DNA from: Podarcis erhardii
Lineage: Eukaryota
Length of the DNA: 64,000 bases
Direction: 5' to 3' (one strand)
Assembly (NCBI GenBank): GCA_964252035.1
Contig: OZ176202.1
Shown here: positions 36,607 to 49,589 of the stretch, in pieces
Layout: each line of letters opens with the position of its first letter
Position numbering within the stretch: the first letter of the stretch is position 1
Notes under the pieces: generated by a model
What the model saw: only the letters and a program-made list of their open reading frames with translations
Database searches by the model: none
What the model was told of the DNA's origin: nothing
Translations under genes and position numbers: made by a program

Positions 36607-37670
36607 CTAAACAAAGAGGGAAAGTATTGCAAATCGTTAATGCATAAACATTTATTCGAAAATGATACCCCCTTAAAAGTTTCACATATTACTTTAAACA
36701 TGCTAGCTATATTTTGGGGAGTTAATGTGAGTTGAACAAAGGAGGTGCCACTGTGCATTTCCAGGCCTGGGCAGTCTGCAGCCCACAACTTATTTCCAGG
36801 GGCATGGATATGCCACTTCTCCCTTCCCTCTCCAGGTTCAAAAGAGAGGCTAAAACAAGGGCTGTTCAGAACACAAGAAATAGCCCAGTAAAATCTGATT
36901 TACTACTTGTGTGTGTGACAGTCATAAGCTTTGGCCTGTGCCCTTAAATTTCTGCGTGAAATGAACCATCTTACCAGGCAATGGTGATCAAAGCTGATCA
37001 AAGGCATAACCACAGAAGATTGTGAAGCTGCATACAGAAAAACCCACCAGCTGCGCTTTGCATCTCCGTCAAATATGTACTTATCGTCTAAGTTAGCTTT
37101 TCTAAGAAATATACACCAAGGCTGGGGTGCAAAGAAAGGCAGTTTGTGTGCCTGGTTTGCCTGGGGCTGGCTGTTCTATTTAAAAGCTGTTTCATTTAAG
37201 AAGGAAGTAGAAAAGCTCTCTCCCACATGTGAGTGCCATTTCTTTACATTCCAGACCTTGGTTGCAATGCTGCACATGCTTGCAGCACCACTGAATGACA
37301 ACCTAAATCTGAACCTAGTTGCAGTTAAGAACTTAATCTTATATTCTAAGTACAAGAGGGCAGGCAACTGTTAATGAGGTTTTGGCTCTGAACTACTTCA
37401 TTCAGACACTGAAAAGAAGAACACCATTGTGCTGTCTGGTAACTTAGAGTAGTCTTTGCCTCTGTGTACTGGTAACATGAGTTGTATTGATGAGGCAGGA
37501 AATAATAAATGGAGAATGTTCTGCAATCATTGGCTAGCTTTTTAAAAAATGTTCTAACAAAAGCTAAGGAACAATAGAATAAGCTCTCAAATTTGAGACT
37601 GCAAGTAAATTCAAAAACAATCTGGTTTAAAGATGAGGATATACAGAAAAGGAAAAAATAAAAATTCAAC

Positions 37671-37837
37671 TGTCTGAGCAGTTCTCAGCATTATTTTACG
37701 GGGAAGAAAAAGACTTTAAGGGTATTCTTGATGACTCTAGTACTCAGCTAAACTTTATAGCTGAGTAACAGAGTCATCAACGATACCCTTAAAGTCTTTT
37801 TCTTCCCCGTAAAATAATGCTGAGAACTGCTCAGACA
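37671..37837. repeat. Inverted repeat: 80-bp arms (76/80 complementary), 7-nt loop
   Basis: Arms 37671-37750 and 37758-37837 compared base by base. Confidence 0.97.
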
Positions 37838-38004
37838 TACACATGTACTGCTCAATCAGTTTTGCTACTTAGTAAATTACCAAAAAAATAAGAGAGTGTT
37901 CTCATTAAAACTTACAGGCATTTCACTTTGCAAATGTTTCACTACAAACGGCCACAAAAGTTTAGCTTCCAAATTGGGACCATCTGCAATATTGAGATCC
38001 TTAC

Positions 38005-38133
38005 CATATGGATATTAAGCTGTTCTCTTGCAGTCTCTGGTAAACCACCAACTGGTTTCGATGCCAAAAGCTGACGCTCCGTTTCTGTCAGCCATTGTTG
38101 CAGATCTTCAACTTCACCATGGAAACCTTGGGC
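38005..38133 (-). CDS. DST: DST exon, 129 nt: [10 protein letters not shown]...AREQLNIHM
   Basis: Acceptor gcttag, donor ATG|gtaagg; 43 codons. Confidence 0.95.
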
Positions 38134-38349
38134 CTAAGCGATACATCACCACAGCATTTCAGAACATATTTCAATAACCTAACATGCTACATCAGCTAAG
38201 GGGTTGTAAATGTTGAGCCTATGAAATCAGACTTAAGAAAAAAAAACCTCTAAAAAGAAATGCTACTAAACCAGAGATATCCTCTGGAGTAAAAACTGCA
38301 AATTGTTGTCCGTATAATGAAACAGGGTAAAATGTGAAAGAAAGAAGGA

Positions 38350-38387
38350 GGAAGGAAGGAAGGAAGGAAGGAAGGAAGGAAGGAAGG
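38350..38387. repeat. (GGAA)n microsatellite
   Basis: Directly visible. Confidence 0.97.
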
Positions 38388-38859
38388 AGGGACCCACAAA
38401 CATTTCATCAATTGTATGAAACTTTTAATGGAGATATATAGATGTGGGTGTTTGATAATTTTATTTGAAATTTCAAATAATTCCAATTTTAAATGCATTT
38501 TCTAAAATCATCCATACAGTAAATACGACTGCAAATATTAATTACAGTACAGTTAGGCACAGACAGAGAAAAACTGCTGTACAAATGGGTACTTAAGCAC
38601 ACAAACTCAGGCTCAGTGATAGTTATGATCTATAGCTTGATACTTCAAATTATTGCTAGTTCTCCAAGGGTACAATCCAGCCAAAGTTATCCATTTCTGA
38701 GTCCTACAATTTCAGTGACAGAGAGCTAACTAACTGGGTTCCCAATTCTCCTGTGGAAATCAGTAGGACTGTAAAAGAACCTAACCTTGGCTGAAATGTG
38801 CTCAAATATATTAATTCAATGCAAGTTTATTTCCCTTTTGTTCAGTTTCTCATACACAC

Positions 38860-39057
38860 CTGGATCAAAGCACTGTCCAGCTGCAGCTTCCTCTTTTCTG
38901 TTTTTTCCAAGACATTTTGCCATCGCTGATTCAGAAGTTCCAGCTTGCTTTGCAGATTGCTCGCTTCTTCAACAGCACTTGACTGAATAAGGTCATTTCC
39001 TGCTTTCTTAACTGTTTCCACAGTGGACTGGTGAGCCAAGACATCATTTTGCAGCAC
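38860..39057 (-). CDS. DST: DST exon, 198 nt: [10 protein letters not shown]...QLDSALIQ
   Basis: Acceptor ctgcag, donor CAG|gtgtgt; 66 codons. Confidence 0.96.
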
Positions 39058-39484
39058 CTGCAGTTACAAACATGTCATGCCTCGCCGTATTTTAAAAATG
39101 CTAATTTCACTCAGTTGTACTAAAGTAGCAACATAATAATATCAGTAAAAAACTTTGCAGACAGTATTTAAGAATAGCACATACAGGATTCAGAGTCTGC
39201 CTCAAGGGAATGGGGCTATCATTAATAGTTTACAATTATCCCTGACCTAACAGCATTATCTTTACTACCAAAAAATCATTACATATTTTAGTGTGCTCTA
39301 TTTATAAAAGAAGCTATGACCATTTTTCTTTACTATCATAACTGTTTATACTCTCCTAATAGGAAAGTATTTCTTACAACATTACTGTAATGGTTGATAC
39401 AAAGGGAATCCAGACATGATAGCATCCCATTAACTTAACTAGGAGGCATGGGCATTCACAAGAATTATTTTTTGGGGGGGGTGG

Positions 39485-39725
39485 GCATCTAGTCCAGCAT
39501 CCTGTTTTCACAGTGGCCAACCAAATGCTTCTGGGAAATGCACAAGCAGGACCTGAGCATGAGAACACTCCCAATATCCTGTGCTTTCCAGCAACTGGTA
39601 TTCCGAAGCACTGATGACTTCAATTGTGCAGGCATATTGTTCATGGTTAGTAGCAATCGATAGGCCTCTTCTCCATGCATTTTTTTCTAATCCTATTTTA
39701 AAGCCATCTTGGTTGGCAGCCAACA
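39485..39725 (-). mobile_element. CR1-type LINE 3' fragment
   Basis: catctagtccagcatcctgttttcacagtggccaacc..., homologous to the other copies. Confidence 0.6.
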
Positions 39726-40918
39726 ATGAAGGTGGGGGAGCAGCCTAATTTCTCTCCATGTAGTAGAATACTGTCCACATATTTCGTCTCCTATTATGCT
39801 CCTCCTATTATCCTATTCATTATAGAAACCTGCTATTTAAAAAAATGAAAGCTCTGAGTTTGAGGATTATGGTTCAGTCGAGAGGTGCAATTGCCTGTCC
39901 CCATGGATAGCTCCTCCTATTTAGGACTTCTAAGTATGGCTAAGTGGCCAAAGCATGGGGAGTGCATCAAGGCTCAAAGTATATGGGTTCAGGGGTGTTA
40001 TGTGACATTCTGCTAATTTCTTCATAAAGTTATGCCAAGCTATCCAAATCTTCCTATATGCCAAACCCTGTGAGAATGGACATTGCATCCCAGGGATGGC
40101 TGCCAAATCAAGAGAAACATTTGTAGGGAGTTTGAAGAAAATGGTATTTAAGCCAATGGGCAAATAAAGAGAATTTGCCATATGAAAATAACGGAAATGG
40201 ATGTTTGTTGCAGGAATCATTAAGTGGATTGATCCTATGTGTAACATTCAGATTTGGGGTAAGAGAAATGAAATTATATCACCGTAATGGTCTTCATAGT
40301 GCAGGAAAGGGAAACTTACTGTGTATGATGTGATTTAGTGAAGTGAGAACTATGTTTGAATACACTCTCACTTCTGTGTTACAAGTCGAACATGGAAAAA
40401 GATTTATTATTCATTGTTTTAAATAAATGTCCATCAATTTGAAAAAGTCAAACTTCTATTACAGAAACAGGTGCCACTTTTTCTCCCCTCCACTCTTTTA
40501 GGACAATGGCAACTGCTTGCCAAGTTCCTGAATTTTTTGATGATCAAAGAGGAAGTACTCTCTAGCATGGAAGACTTAAATGAGCAGGAAGTACCTAAGA
40601 GTGAGTGTTTGCTGAACCCTTTCTGTACCTGCAATTCATTTATTAAGCCACGACAGGTATGTGATGCTTTGCCAAGAATACGTTGTTGTTTTTACCAATG
40701 AGATGTTCTGAACCATCCATGACTGGGAAACGTAAAAAAGGGAGAAAACAGCAATATCTGTATGTTAGCAATTAAGTTTTGTAATACAAATTTATCTTTG
40801 GGCTTGATCCTTTGAAATCATGATTTGGTGATGTACGAAAATGCTCTTTGCAAATGTTGCCATAAAAAGGATCCAGATATATCTAAAACAGTGAATCTCA
40901 GAATTCTCAGTTACGTAC

Positions 40919-41074
40919 ATGATGTTTGGCCAGCTCAATTTCAATAGCCTTGGGGTCACCACCCACAGGTTTCTGTTCATTCAGCAGGTCCTCTGTATGG
41001 GTGAGCCATGCGAGCAACTCATCCAGGGCATGTTGGAACTGCCCCAAAGCCAACAAAGCGCCTTCCAGCTTATG
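40919..41074 (-). CDS. DST: DST exon, 156 nt: [10 protein letters not shown]...EIELAKHH
   Basis: Acceptor ttacag, donor CAT|gtacgt; 52 codons. Confidence 0.95.
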
Positions 41075-42296
41075 CTGTAAAAAAAGGGGGAATGGATGGA
41101 ATTATTACTTTATGTTAAGGCCGCAAGCGACTTAAAATGTCCTTAGTTGCATCAAACCTCAAATGAATGGTTGCAATAAGGCAAGAGTGGTCAGCGAGGA
41201 GGTGCGTCACCATGCACCTGGCCTCCTGGCAGTGGAGTCGCTGCCAACTATTGAGAGGTGAGGCAGCCAGCAGTTTGACACTGTGCAGGTTGAACAGCAG
41301 AGCCTACCTAGCACTCCCACCAACATGTCCACCCAACACTCAACCTCCCCACCACCTTGTCCTGCACCCTCTTGGTGAGCAGGAGCGACCCCACTCCCAG
41401 GATGCCAAAGGCAAAGCGCCGCCCCCTCCCCCTTGTCACCAACTGCTCCTGGAATAAGATATGCCATCTAAATTTTATGTAATGCGCTTGAATGCAGCAA
41501 CATTATCTGAAAACAATTTTAGGCAGATGACACAAAGCTAAAGTTCTTTTGCAATTATTTATTTTTAGAAATCCATCCTAGGATGAGCTGTGATATAAAA
41601 GGCATCATTTTATCATCCAAGGAACTTGGATAGTTAGTCAAAGAGACAGAGTTGCTCAACACCAACTACTGAGCTTCGTGTTTGGGTCAGAATTTGAAGA
41701 TGGAGCTCCACCATCGAAACCCAACAATCTCTCCCCATGTACCTCATATGTCTGATGTAATATTGTGGTGTAGCAACTTACAATAAACCACTGACCCTAA
41801 ACACACTGGAATATGTTCTCCTGCCATCTGCTTGGGGCAGGGACTAGCATATTTTTTGCTAATGCACTTTGGTGAACCCATAGAAATAAATAAAAATAAC
41901 TATGGTGTACAGCTTCTAGCTTCATAGCTACAACAACAACAGCCTGATTTGCAGGAAACATCTGCTGCCTGGAAGCTTATTGGAAACTGCTCCATGTGGC
42001 AGCTGTCTCCTTGGGTCAAATTGCTCTTCTGTAGTGGCTCAATTTGTGGATCGGAAGATTTTGACCATGCTAGCCTAAAATATAGCCCAATTTAAAGTTT
42101 GCATTGCATTTCCATAGCAGTGCAGAAAATCCCCTAAGCTCAGGGTTTCCAATCCCTCTTCCCCGCATGACCTCTAAAAAATGTTGATGGCCTTGGTGGG
42201 CCATTCCATGATTTTTCTGTCTGTTATAGCAACTGTAATGTAACACGCTAGATGCTGTATGATTCTAAGTGACATTTTTATTGCCTTTTTATTGCT

Positions 42297-42485
42297 GTAG
42301 AGGTGGAAGGGAACCTAAGGGTCATCTAGTCCAACCTTGTGCAAATCAGGAATCTCAGCTAAAGCATCCATGACAGAGGGCCATCCAACCTCTGTTTAAA
42401 AACCTCCAAGGAAGGAGAGTCCACCACCTTCTGAGGGAGTCCGTTTCATTGTTGAACAGCTCTTACTGTCAGAAAGTTATTTCCA
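42297..42485 (-). mobile_element. CR1-type LINE 3' fragment (different subfamily)
   Basis: gtagaggtggaagggaacctaagggtcatctagtccaacc...aaaaacctccaaggaaggagagtccaccacc matches a reverse-oriented CR1 3' end from memory. Confidence 0.6.
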
Positions 42486-42815
42486 ATGTATTGTATTTTG
42501 CTGTATTACAATTTGCATTTCAATCAATTCAAATTGTACTACACTAAAAATACGATGCAATATGTTAACTGAAAATAATAAATAAAAAAACTGTTAAAAA
42601 GTATTATGAGTATTTGATGCCAACCTGATATGGATTACCTGAATGAAAAGCCACAGTTTTGAGAACTCCTTCCCTAGCTCACGTAATAAACTTTGACACA
42701 CAAGTGAGTTTCCATGTTGAAACTGTTGCTATTGAAATTTCAGAGCACGAGTGTCAGAGAACATGCATTTCATGGCAACATAAGGCAGAATATTACCCTT
42801 TTAGTTCCCATTTAC

Positions 42816-42989
42816 CTGGCGGCTAACAATTTTATCCTCCAGACTTTCCCACAACAGCTTAAGTTCAGACAAGGGGTCTTGTACGGTGTGCTTATCACTC
42901 TCCTCTGTCACCTTCTTCAACAACAGCTCTGCTTGGTGGTTCAGCCGTTCCATTTCAATCTGCTGCTGATAGGCTTCTTTCTTAAATTG
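42816..42989 (-). CDS. DST: DST exon, 174 nt: [10 protein letters not shown]...EDKIVSRQ
   Basis: Acceptor ccacag, donor CAG|gtaaat; 58 codons. Confidence 0.96.
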
Positions 42990-43806
42990 CTGTGGAAACC
43001 AAGGAAGACAATAAGTCAACAATGAATATCACCCAGAGAAGAGTGCTTAGTAGGATGCTCTGTCCTTATTTCAAAATTGCCAAATAGGTCACACCGGATA
43101 TTTCTGCCTCTGGATTTCCAATAACCAAGGCATGTGTTTTCTCCAAATTAACACAGAAGGCACGCTTCACTCTTGCACCGGAAAAGAAAACGCATCCAGC
43201 ATGCAAAAGCAGGAACTTTTAAAACAAATTTAAAAATCAGTTTGTGTGTGTGCGTGTGCGCATGTGCATGCAGTAGCAGCTGTTGCACCTGAGTGTTTGT
43301 TTCCTGTCTTCCCAATGCCATCCATTGCTGCTGCTTACCAAGAGGGATAGTAGCAGAGCCAAGGCAACAGGTGTGAGTATAGCAGTGGGAGCATCAGACT
43401 GGGTCCACCACTGCTCCTGTGCCATGTTGAGCTCTTGTTGCGTTCACCCTACCCCTCTTGGTAAGCAGTATGGCATTGGAAAGAGAGGTGAGAAACACAG
43501 CTTGTTGGCTGCGACAATGCACACACACAGAGAGAGAGATATTACTGTCTGCATTCATTGAGGGTTAGGATATAGTTTTACCTGTACAACAATATTTTGT
43601 GGCTCTCTCTTGTTTGTTGTTATATTAACCTGACTGTTGACCCAGTCTGCTCTGGCATGGCTGTTGTTTTCTACAATTTTTGGTAGTGTTATTTCATGTT
43701 TTATTAAATTTATACTTTAAATTCTTTTAATTGTTTGACACTCATGTGGTTATGGAGTAACTAATCAATGTAATAAATAAATTAGCTGAATCCAGAAGAG
43801 TCTATC

Positions 43807-44262
43807 TGTAAAGGTTCCAAGTGGTTGCTCGAGAGCAAGCAGGCAAATACCTGCCTGCTCGGCTGTAAAGCCTTGCTTTAGCTTCAAAAATAAACTTTAT
43901 CTGTCCAGAGCGCCAATCTCCCGTGGCTGGCTCATTCACTGGCAGAAGCTGTGAGTGGGCGGTCCTTAAACTTTCCCCAGCAAAGCAATTTCTTGATGCC
44001 CAGTCTGCGCCTCCCCTCTCTGTGCGGAAGCTTACTGCGCAAGGAGGGCGTGGGTAACGGAGGACCCCTCTCCTCCCTGCTTTGCCCAGGCAAGGTGTCC
44101 TGGCTCCGCCTCACCTCCTCTGAGCCCTGCAGCTCCTCTCCACTGGAGACGTGGTTACTCTCCTCTGCTGAGGAGGAGCTGCTTCCCACGATCCTTGGAG
44201 GCTCTCTGTAATCCATTCGGCTTTTCCTCTCTCCCTCCTGAACCAATGGCAGTTCCCTGACA
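43807..44262 (-). mobile_element. Solo LTR (Gypsy/ERV-like), 456 bp
   Basis: TGT...ACA termini (tgtaaagg / ccctgaca) flanked by a perfect 5-bp TSD ctatc at 43802-43806 and 44263-44267; GC-rich relative to the flanks; orientation is inferred only. Confidence 0.72.
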
Positions 44263-45865
44263 CTATCCCTTGTATTTTTACATGTCACAGTTCTGGGCAT
44301 GCCTTTTGTTAACATCTTCACATTTCTGAATTAGATGTAATTATAAATAAATGCAGAGATGTGGAAGAATGACACTTCAGCAACCAATCGCCAATGTGAG
44401 AATGTGCTCGAGCGACATTAGTTTCCCCACCAACTGCATGACTTATGGGATACACAGAATTTCTGTTGCTAGAGGAACGTTGCTAGCCTTAGAGGAAATG
44501 GCAACAGCCGTTCCAGGGGTCATATCCCGGTTTCCAAATGCACACAGCAGCATAGAGCTCAAGGCAGATGCCCATGTGGACATGTCCATAATACATCCTT
44601 ATTCAAAATATCCCTACAGTGTTTTCAAAAGGCATGGAGGAAGAAAAACAACCCAACGGAGAATTTTTTTTATCCGATATTAATTTTGGTTGTGGAAAAG
44701 ACAAACTCTATATCATGAGTTTTGAATATCAGTGGTTGATGTTAACAAATGCTTTCTCTTTTGTCAAAAGGCATTTCTTTAAAAGCATGCTTATTGAGAA
44801 GGCTGTTAAACCTGTTAAGTACAGGGACCCACAGACCAAGAGCAGCTATGCAAAACCAGATGAGCCAAGCACAGAAGAGGAAGGGAATCCTTTGCACACC
44901 CGAAGCTTGTTGAAGATCCAAGGAAGAAGGATTCATCAATAACTTCTTTCTGCCCTCAGCACACTCTGTAAGTCATTGGGCGGCCAGCCAACACTCCCTG
45001 AAGCCTCCCTGCTGTGATCCATTCACAAAATCCTATTCCCTATCTAGCCTAACATCTTTTACCAAAGATACACACTGATTCAATAAGAGAGAAGTGAGAA
45101 ATGTAGAAGGGCTTCCCCCTCGCCCCTGTTACTGTATACCCCTGGGTCAAGATGATGCGTCACCATCACCACTCTGCCCTGTTTTGATGATCTCTTAATC
45201 CCCACTTTCATTTTTAGAAGTAATTTCTTAACCCTAATTTTCAATCTTCAACCCCTGCTGAGAGACAGGGCTTAAATATTGGCTGTTACATTTCCTGTTT
45301 AATTTCCCAACATATTCAAGCCCTGCTTTCCACGTACAATAACAGGGCTGGAGTGGATTCATCCAGTCTAATCCTGTGCCCTAAAACAGGATATCCTATA
45401 CCATCTCTGCTTCCTGTGCAAAGCACACAGCAGCATCCAGGTATTATGAAAAGAATGAGTCATATTTCCATTCCAAATATTGCTTTTAGAGTTGGCTGGG
45501 GATTTTGCTTTATAGTCCAGTGGGCTGCGGTGGAAATGAAGAGATCTATGAATGTTTAGGACTAATCCATGGTATGAAGAATGACAGGCTTTGCAGGAAC
45601 TTGTGCACATTCTAAAAGGGAAGCTGGGTGTCGTAAAAGTAATTGATGCAGTGATGAAAAAATAACCGCTCTTGAAAAAAATCCACAATTAACTCGGAGA
45701 GGAAACTGATGTCATATTACTTTCAGACTCAGAAAGGCTGTAGATTTTTAAACAACATGCCCATACGAAAATAATTTACTTTTTGTTACAGACTGAATGC
45801 AAAGCGATTTGGAACACTAACACTAACAGAAAGATGTACATTCATAAGAAGTTACTGTTTCATAC

Positions 45866-45967
45866 CTTCATTTCTTCTGTCTGTTGTTTTACTGTTTCTA
45901 GGTCTGTTCCAACTGGTGACATCGCAGCTAATTTACTACCAGCGATATCCACCCAGTCAAATATGGC
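45866..45967 (-). CDS. DST: DST exon, 102 nt: [10 protein letters not shown]...VKQQTEEMK
   Basis: Acceptor ttacag, donor AAG|gtatga; 34 codons. Confidence 0.95.
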
Positions 45968-46529
45968 CTGTAAACATATTGAATAAGAATAAGAAAATCA
46001 GGTAAAATAGTAGTCCAAGTAATGCTATAGCATAGCCTCATAGTAGGTGCAACATAATAATAATTGATCTGTGAATGCTACTAAGTACTGTATATTTGCT
46101 ACTGAATAAAACTGTATTACAGGCAACAACTGTTTCATGCTTGTCTAATATGTGCATAACTGTGAACATGCGCATCACCACAACCTGGACATGACCTGAA
46201 GGGGGGGCAGAGGCATAATGGGGCAAAGTGGGCTTATGCACACTCCACTGATGTGCACGGGGGTCAGGAACATAACCCCCACACAAAACAGTTGTTGCCT
46301 GTTCAAAGTATTTCTGCTGGGTTTTTCCACTGTGATAACTTTTTGTACACTTCTCCATTTCTGAATATAAGAGTTGTCACATATTTTTATCCCCATAAAA
46401 CCTACAATTGGGGCATCAACGGAGAATCTTGTGGCATCTTAAGAACTAACCAAATTATTGTCACGTATTTGTTGCAATCCTCTAATACCTACCTGCGAAT
46501 AAGTTTCATTGGGTCATGCCTAGAATTGA

Positions 46530-46640
46530 GCTGTTAGTCTTTAAAGTGCCACAAATCTTTTTGTTGTTTTTGAGGTAACAGATAGTGTGATCTGGCTATA
46601 CTTCTGGAATGTATGAGTCAAATCATTTATTAAAATTCTC
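46530..46640. mobile_element. Penelope-like element fragment (another at about 2280-2340)
   Basis: ctgttagtctttaaagtgccacaaatc... and atctgatgaagt... motifs recalled as typical of reptile Penelope ends. Confidence 0.35.
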
Positions 46641-47869
46641 AAGATATCTGAAGGTCTTTAGAGGAAGCTCAGAGGGTGATATTCAAACACTCTTCCGGTG
46701 CCATATCTATGACTCAAGATGGGTAAAAATGCAGCAGAGGGAGCTAGATTTTCATAATATTCAAGGACATTTCATAACATTGGATAGCAAAGGCCACTTC
46801 ACTCCCCATTAATGAGGTGTGAACTACTACCGGGGATCATGCATCAGCTATGCCTGAGCAGTTGTGTTCACACTTCACCTCCAATTTGGCAGCAGGTATT
46901 CCATTTAAGAGCATGCATACATGTGCATGTCAATATATCAAAGAGCACCTCTCCTACCCCAATAAAATCTAGGAACTAGCCTGCTTAGTTCCATTTGGTG
47001 GGAAATATCCACATCTTTTTGGAGCGCACACTGCTTCTGCAAGTGTCTTCTGGCATAATGTCATACTGGAGACAATGCAGGATAAAGACTAAGAAACTGA
47101 TGGCTTTTAGGTTAGGAATTAAAGCCAAGAAAGCTGAAATATAGAAATAAGCATTGCTGGGACCCTCTGGTCAAATACAGTCTTTTTAAATAAAAAAAAC
47201 AGAGTCTAAAAAGTAATTGGGCATGATGTTACGATGTTGTCCTGCCTCTTAACATTTTACCACGGTCCAACATGCAATGCAGTTTCTAATGCAGAGATGG
47301 GGAACCCTTTTTCCAGACTATAGTCCACAATAGTGAACAAGCCCAGAGGCAAAGTGGGTAAAGCAACTAATGTACAGTTTACCTTCATATAGCAGGCTTG
47401 ATTCTACACACACTTACACACTCCACTCCATACTCTCATCCAGGTTACTAAGAGGCACTATCAGAGTTCAAGAACATAATCCAGCCAGGCAAAAACACTC
47501 AAAGTGGGTATAAAGTAAGGTTGACTGTGACCTGGGGGAAGTGGGTACAGTTGAAGGTAGGTGGCCTGGGGTGAGTGCAAAGGGCCAGGCAGAGAGGGCT
47601 AGAGGGCTTATTTGGTCTCCCCTGCCCAGGCATGAGGGTCTTCATCCTTGTTCCAACAGGTAGTTAGTTATTCTGTCTTTAAAACAATGTATGTGATCCA
47701 AAGCAGTGAAACAGGAACCTCATTTACAATTTACAAATGATCCAAAGATCTGCTGAGCAGATAAAATTTAGCAAGGCCAGTGATAAAATATGATAATTTT
47801 GGAATATGTGGGATGTTGCTCACTGAATAGAATCAAATCACCATCAGATAAGTTATGGATGGCAACATG

Positions 47870-48178
47870 AGAACAGGCCTTCTCTGCAGTGGCACCCCAT
47901 CTGTGGAATGCTCTCCCCAGGGAGGTTCGCCTGGCGCCTTCATTATACACATTTTAGGTGCCAGGCAAAAACGTTCCTTTTTAACCAGGCCTTTGTTTGA
48001 TTTAATTAACATCCAAGCCCTTTTAAAATGTGGTTCTTTGGGGAGGGGGTTATTGGGTTGTCGTTTTTATTTTGATTATATTATTTTGTGGTTTTATATT
48101 TTGATTTTGTTCTGTGAACTACCCTGAGATCCAGAGGTATGGGGCGGTACATAAATTCTAACAACAACAACAACAAAT
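47870..48178 (+). mobile_element. L2/CR1-clade LINE 3' end
   Basis: aggccttctctgcagtggcacccc...tggaatgctctccc...ggcggtacataaatt followed by an (AAC)n tail; family name from memory. Confidence 0.5.
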
Positions 48179-49333
48179 CAACAGGAATATGTTCAGATTA
48201 AAACCTGGTTATAGGATCAGTTACAATCACATAGGTAAATGCTATAAAATTGACCTTCAAACCTTGTGATATGGAAAAGCTATCTTTATTGAAATAAGCA
48301 ATTAGTAATCTTTCTACAATTGATCTGTTGGTCAAAAACCGACATGTAATGCTTATATTGTACAGTGGTGAGGAAAAAAGATATGTTAAAAATTTAGATA
48401 AACTACTTTTAACATTTCTATTCCTAGCACTGTTTAACCACTTTTCTTTTAAAAAACACGCTTGAAAAATCATCAGCTAATTTTAGCACTCCTATTACAC
48501 ACCCAGTGTACCTGAACTATAACCTGAACCTTATCAATAGATGGTTAGGAAGCTAGCAGCCATAAAATGTGAAGATATTCAGTTATAGACATGCTTCTAT
48601 TGGAGACAAATTTCATGTCAACTACCATGACATACCAGCAAATTAAAATGTATAGAATCTACCAAGTGAATCTTTTGTCCAAACTACAAAGGACCTTGCC
48701 AAAAAAAGCTTACCCCCCCCTTTTGGTTTGAATGTCACCATCTCACATTTTGTCTGAGCTAAATGTATCATAGTGACCAAACTCTTTCAGCGGAGGTTCT
48801 CTTGATCTACTGATGCATCCTCATTTTACTGGCATATAGGTCTTGAACAGATACAACAAAAAGTCATGGTTTTTCATTATGTGAATGACCAGCAAGTCTC
48901 AGGATCATGTGCTCCTCATCTCCTTTCCCCCACTTCAAACATGAAGTGGTAGAAATGTGAAACTTTCATTACCGGTTTGTAACAAACCATAGTTTCCTCT
49001 TCCATCAAAATCTGAGAACGTGAGGCATCCAAACCAGCATTTAATAATTTGCGCTAACCCGTTTGTTGCAAACCACAACTAAAGCTTTACATTTGCTCCT
49101 CCAATGCATAAAGGGGAGGGAAATGGAAGAGGGGAAAACATGTGAGTTTGATGACTGCCCTGGTACACGTAACAGCAAACCAAGATTTGTCTCTACATCT
49201 GAACTAGTCACAAGGAAAAATATCTATGCATAGGTCAGTATCATGCCCATATGATTTTCCTTCTACAGCAGCTCAGGGTGGAAAGAAAAAAGGGGAGGGG
49301 GGTTAATTTTAAAAATGTCCCCTGTGCTGTGGT

Positions 49334-49335
<2 letters not shown>

Positions 49336-49401
<66 letters not shown>

Positions 49402-49403
49402 AC
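49336..49403. repeat. Compound (CT)n(CA)n microsatellite
   Basis: Directly visible. Confidence 0.98.
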
Positions 49404-49589
49404 TTTTAGGAGAAGAATAATATGCTAGGAGATCCAATCACACATCTCCAATGTAGCACATTGCATGACCCATAACATGCATAATGTAGCACATTGCATG
49501 ACCCATAACTTTGGATGGTTCATGCTCTAATATACATATTTATTTATTGCTCATTTAGAAATTTAGCTGCCCCACCCTGTGTTTTAGGG

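Noticed and set aside
43932-44321. 129-aa Ser/Glu-rich ORF
   Set aside because: It lies mostly within the solo LTR and crosses its boundary; no gag/pol motifs.
46493-46519. 27-nt pseudo-exon with GACTAAC branch motif and CAG|gtaggt donor (GCA TGA stop)
   Set aside because: Branch-to-AG distance is only about 15 nt and there is almost no pyrimidine tract; it lies next to Penelope-like repeat sequence.
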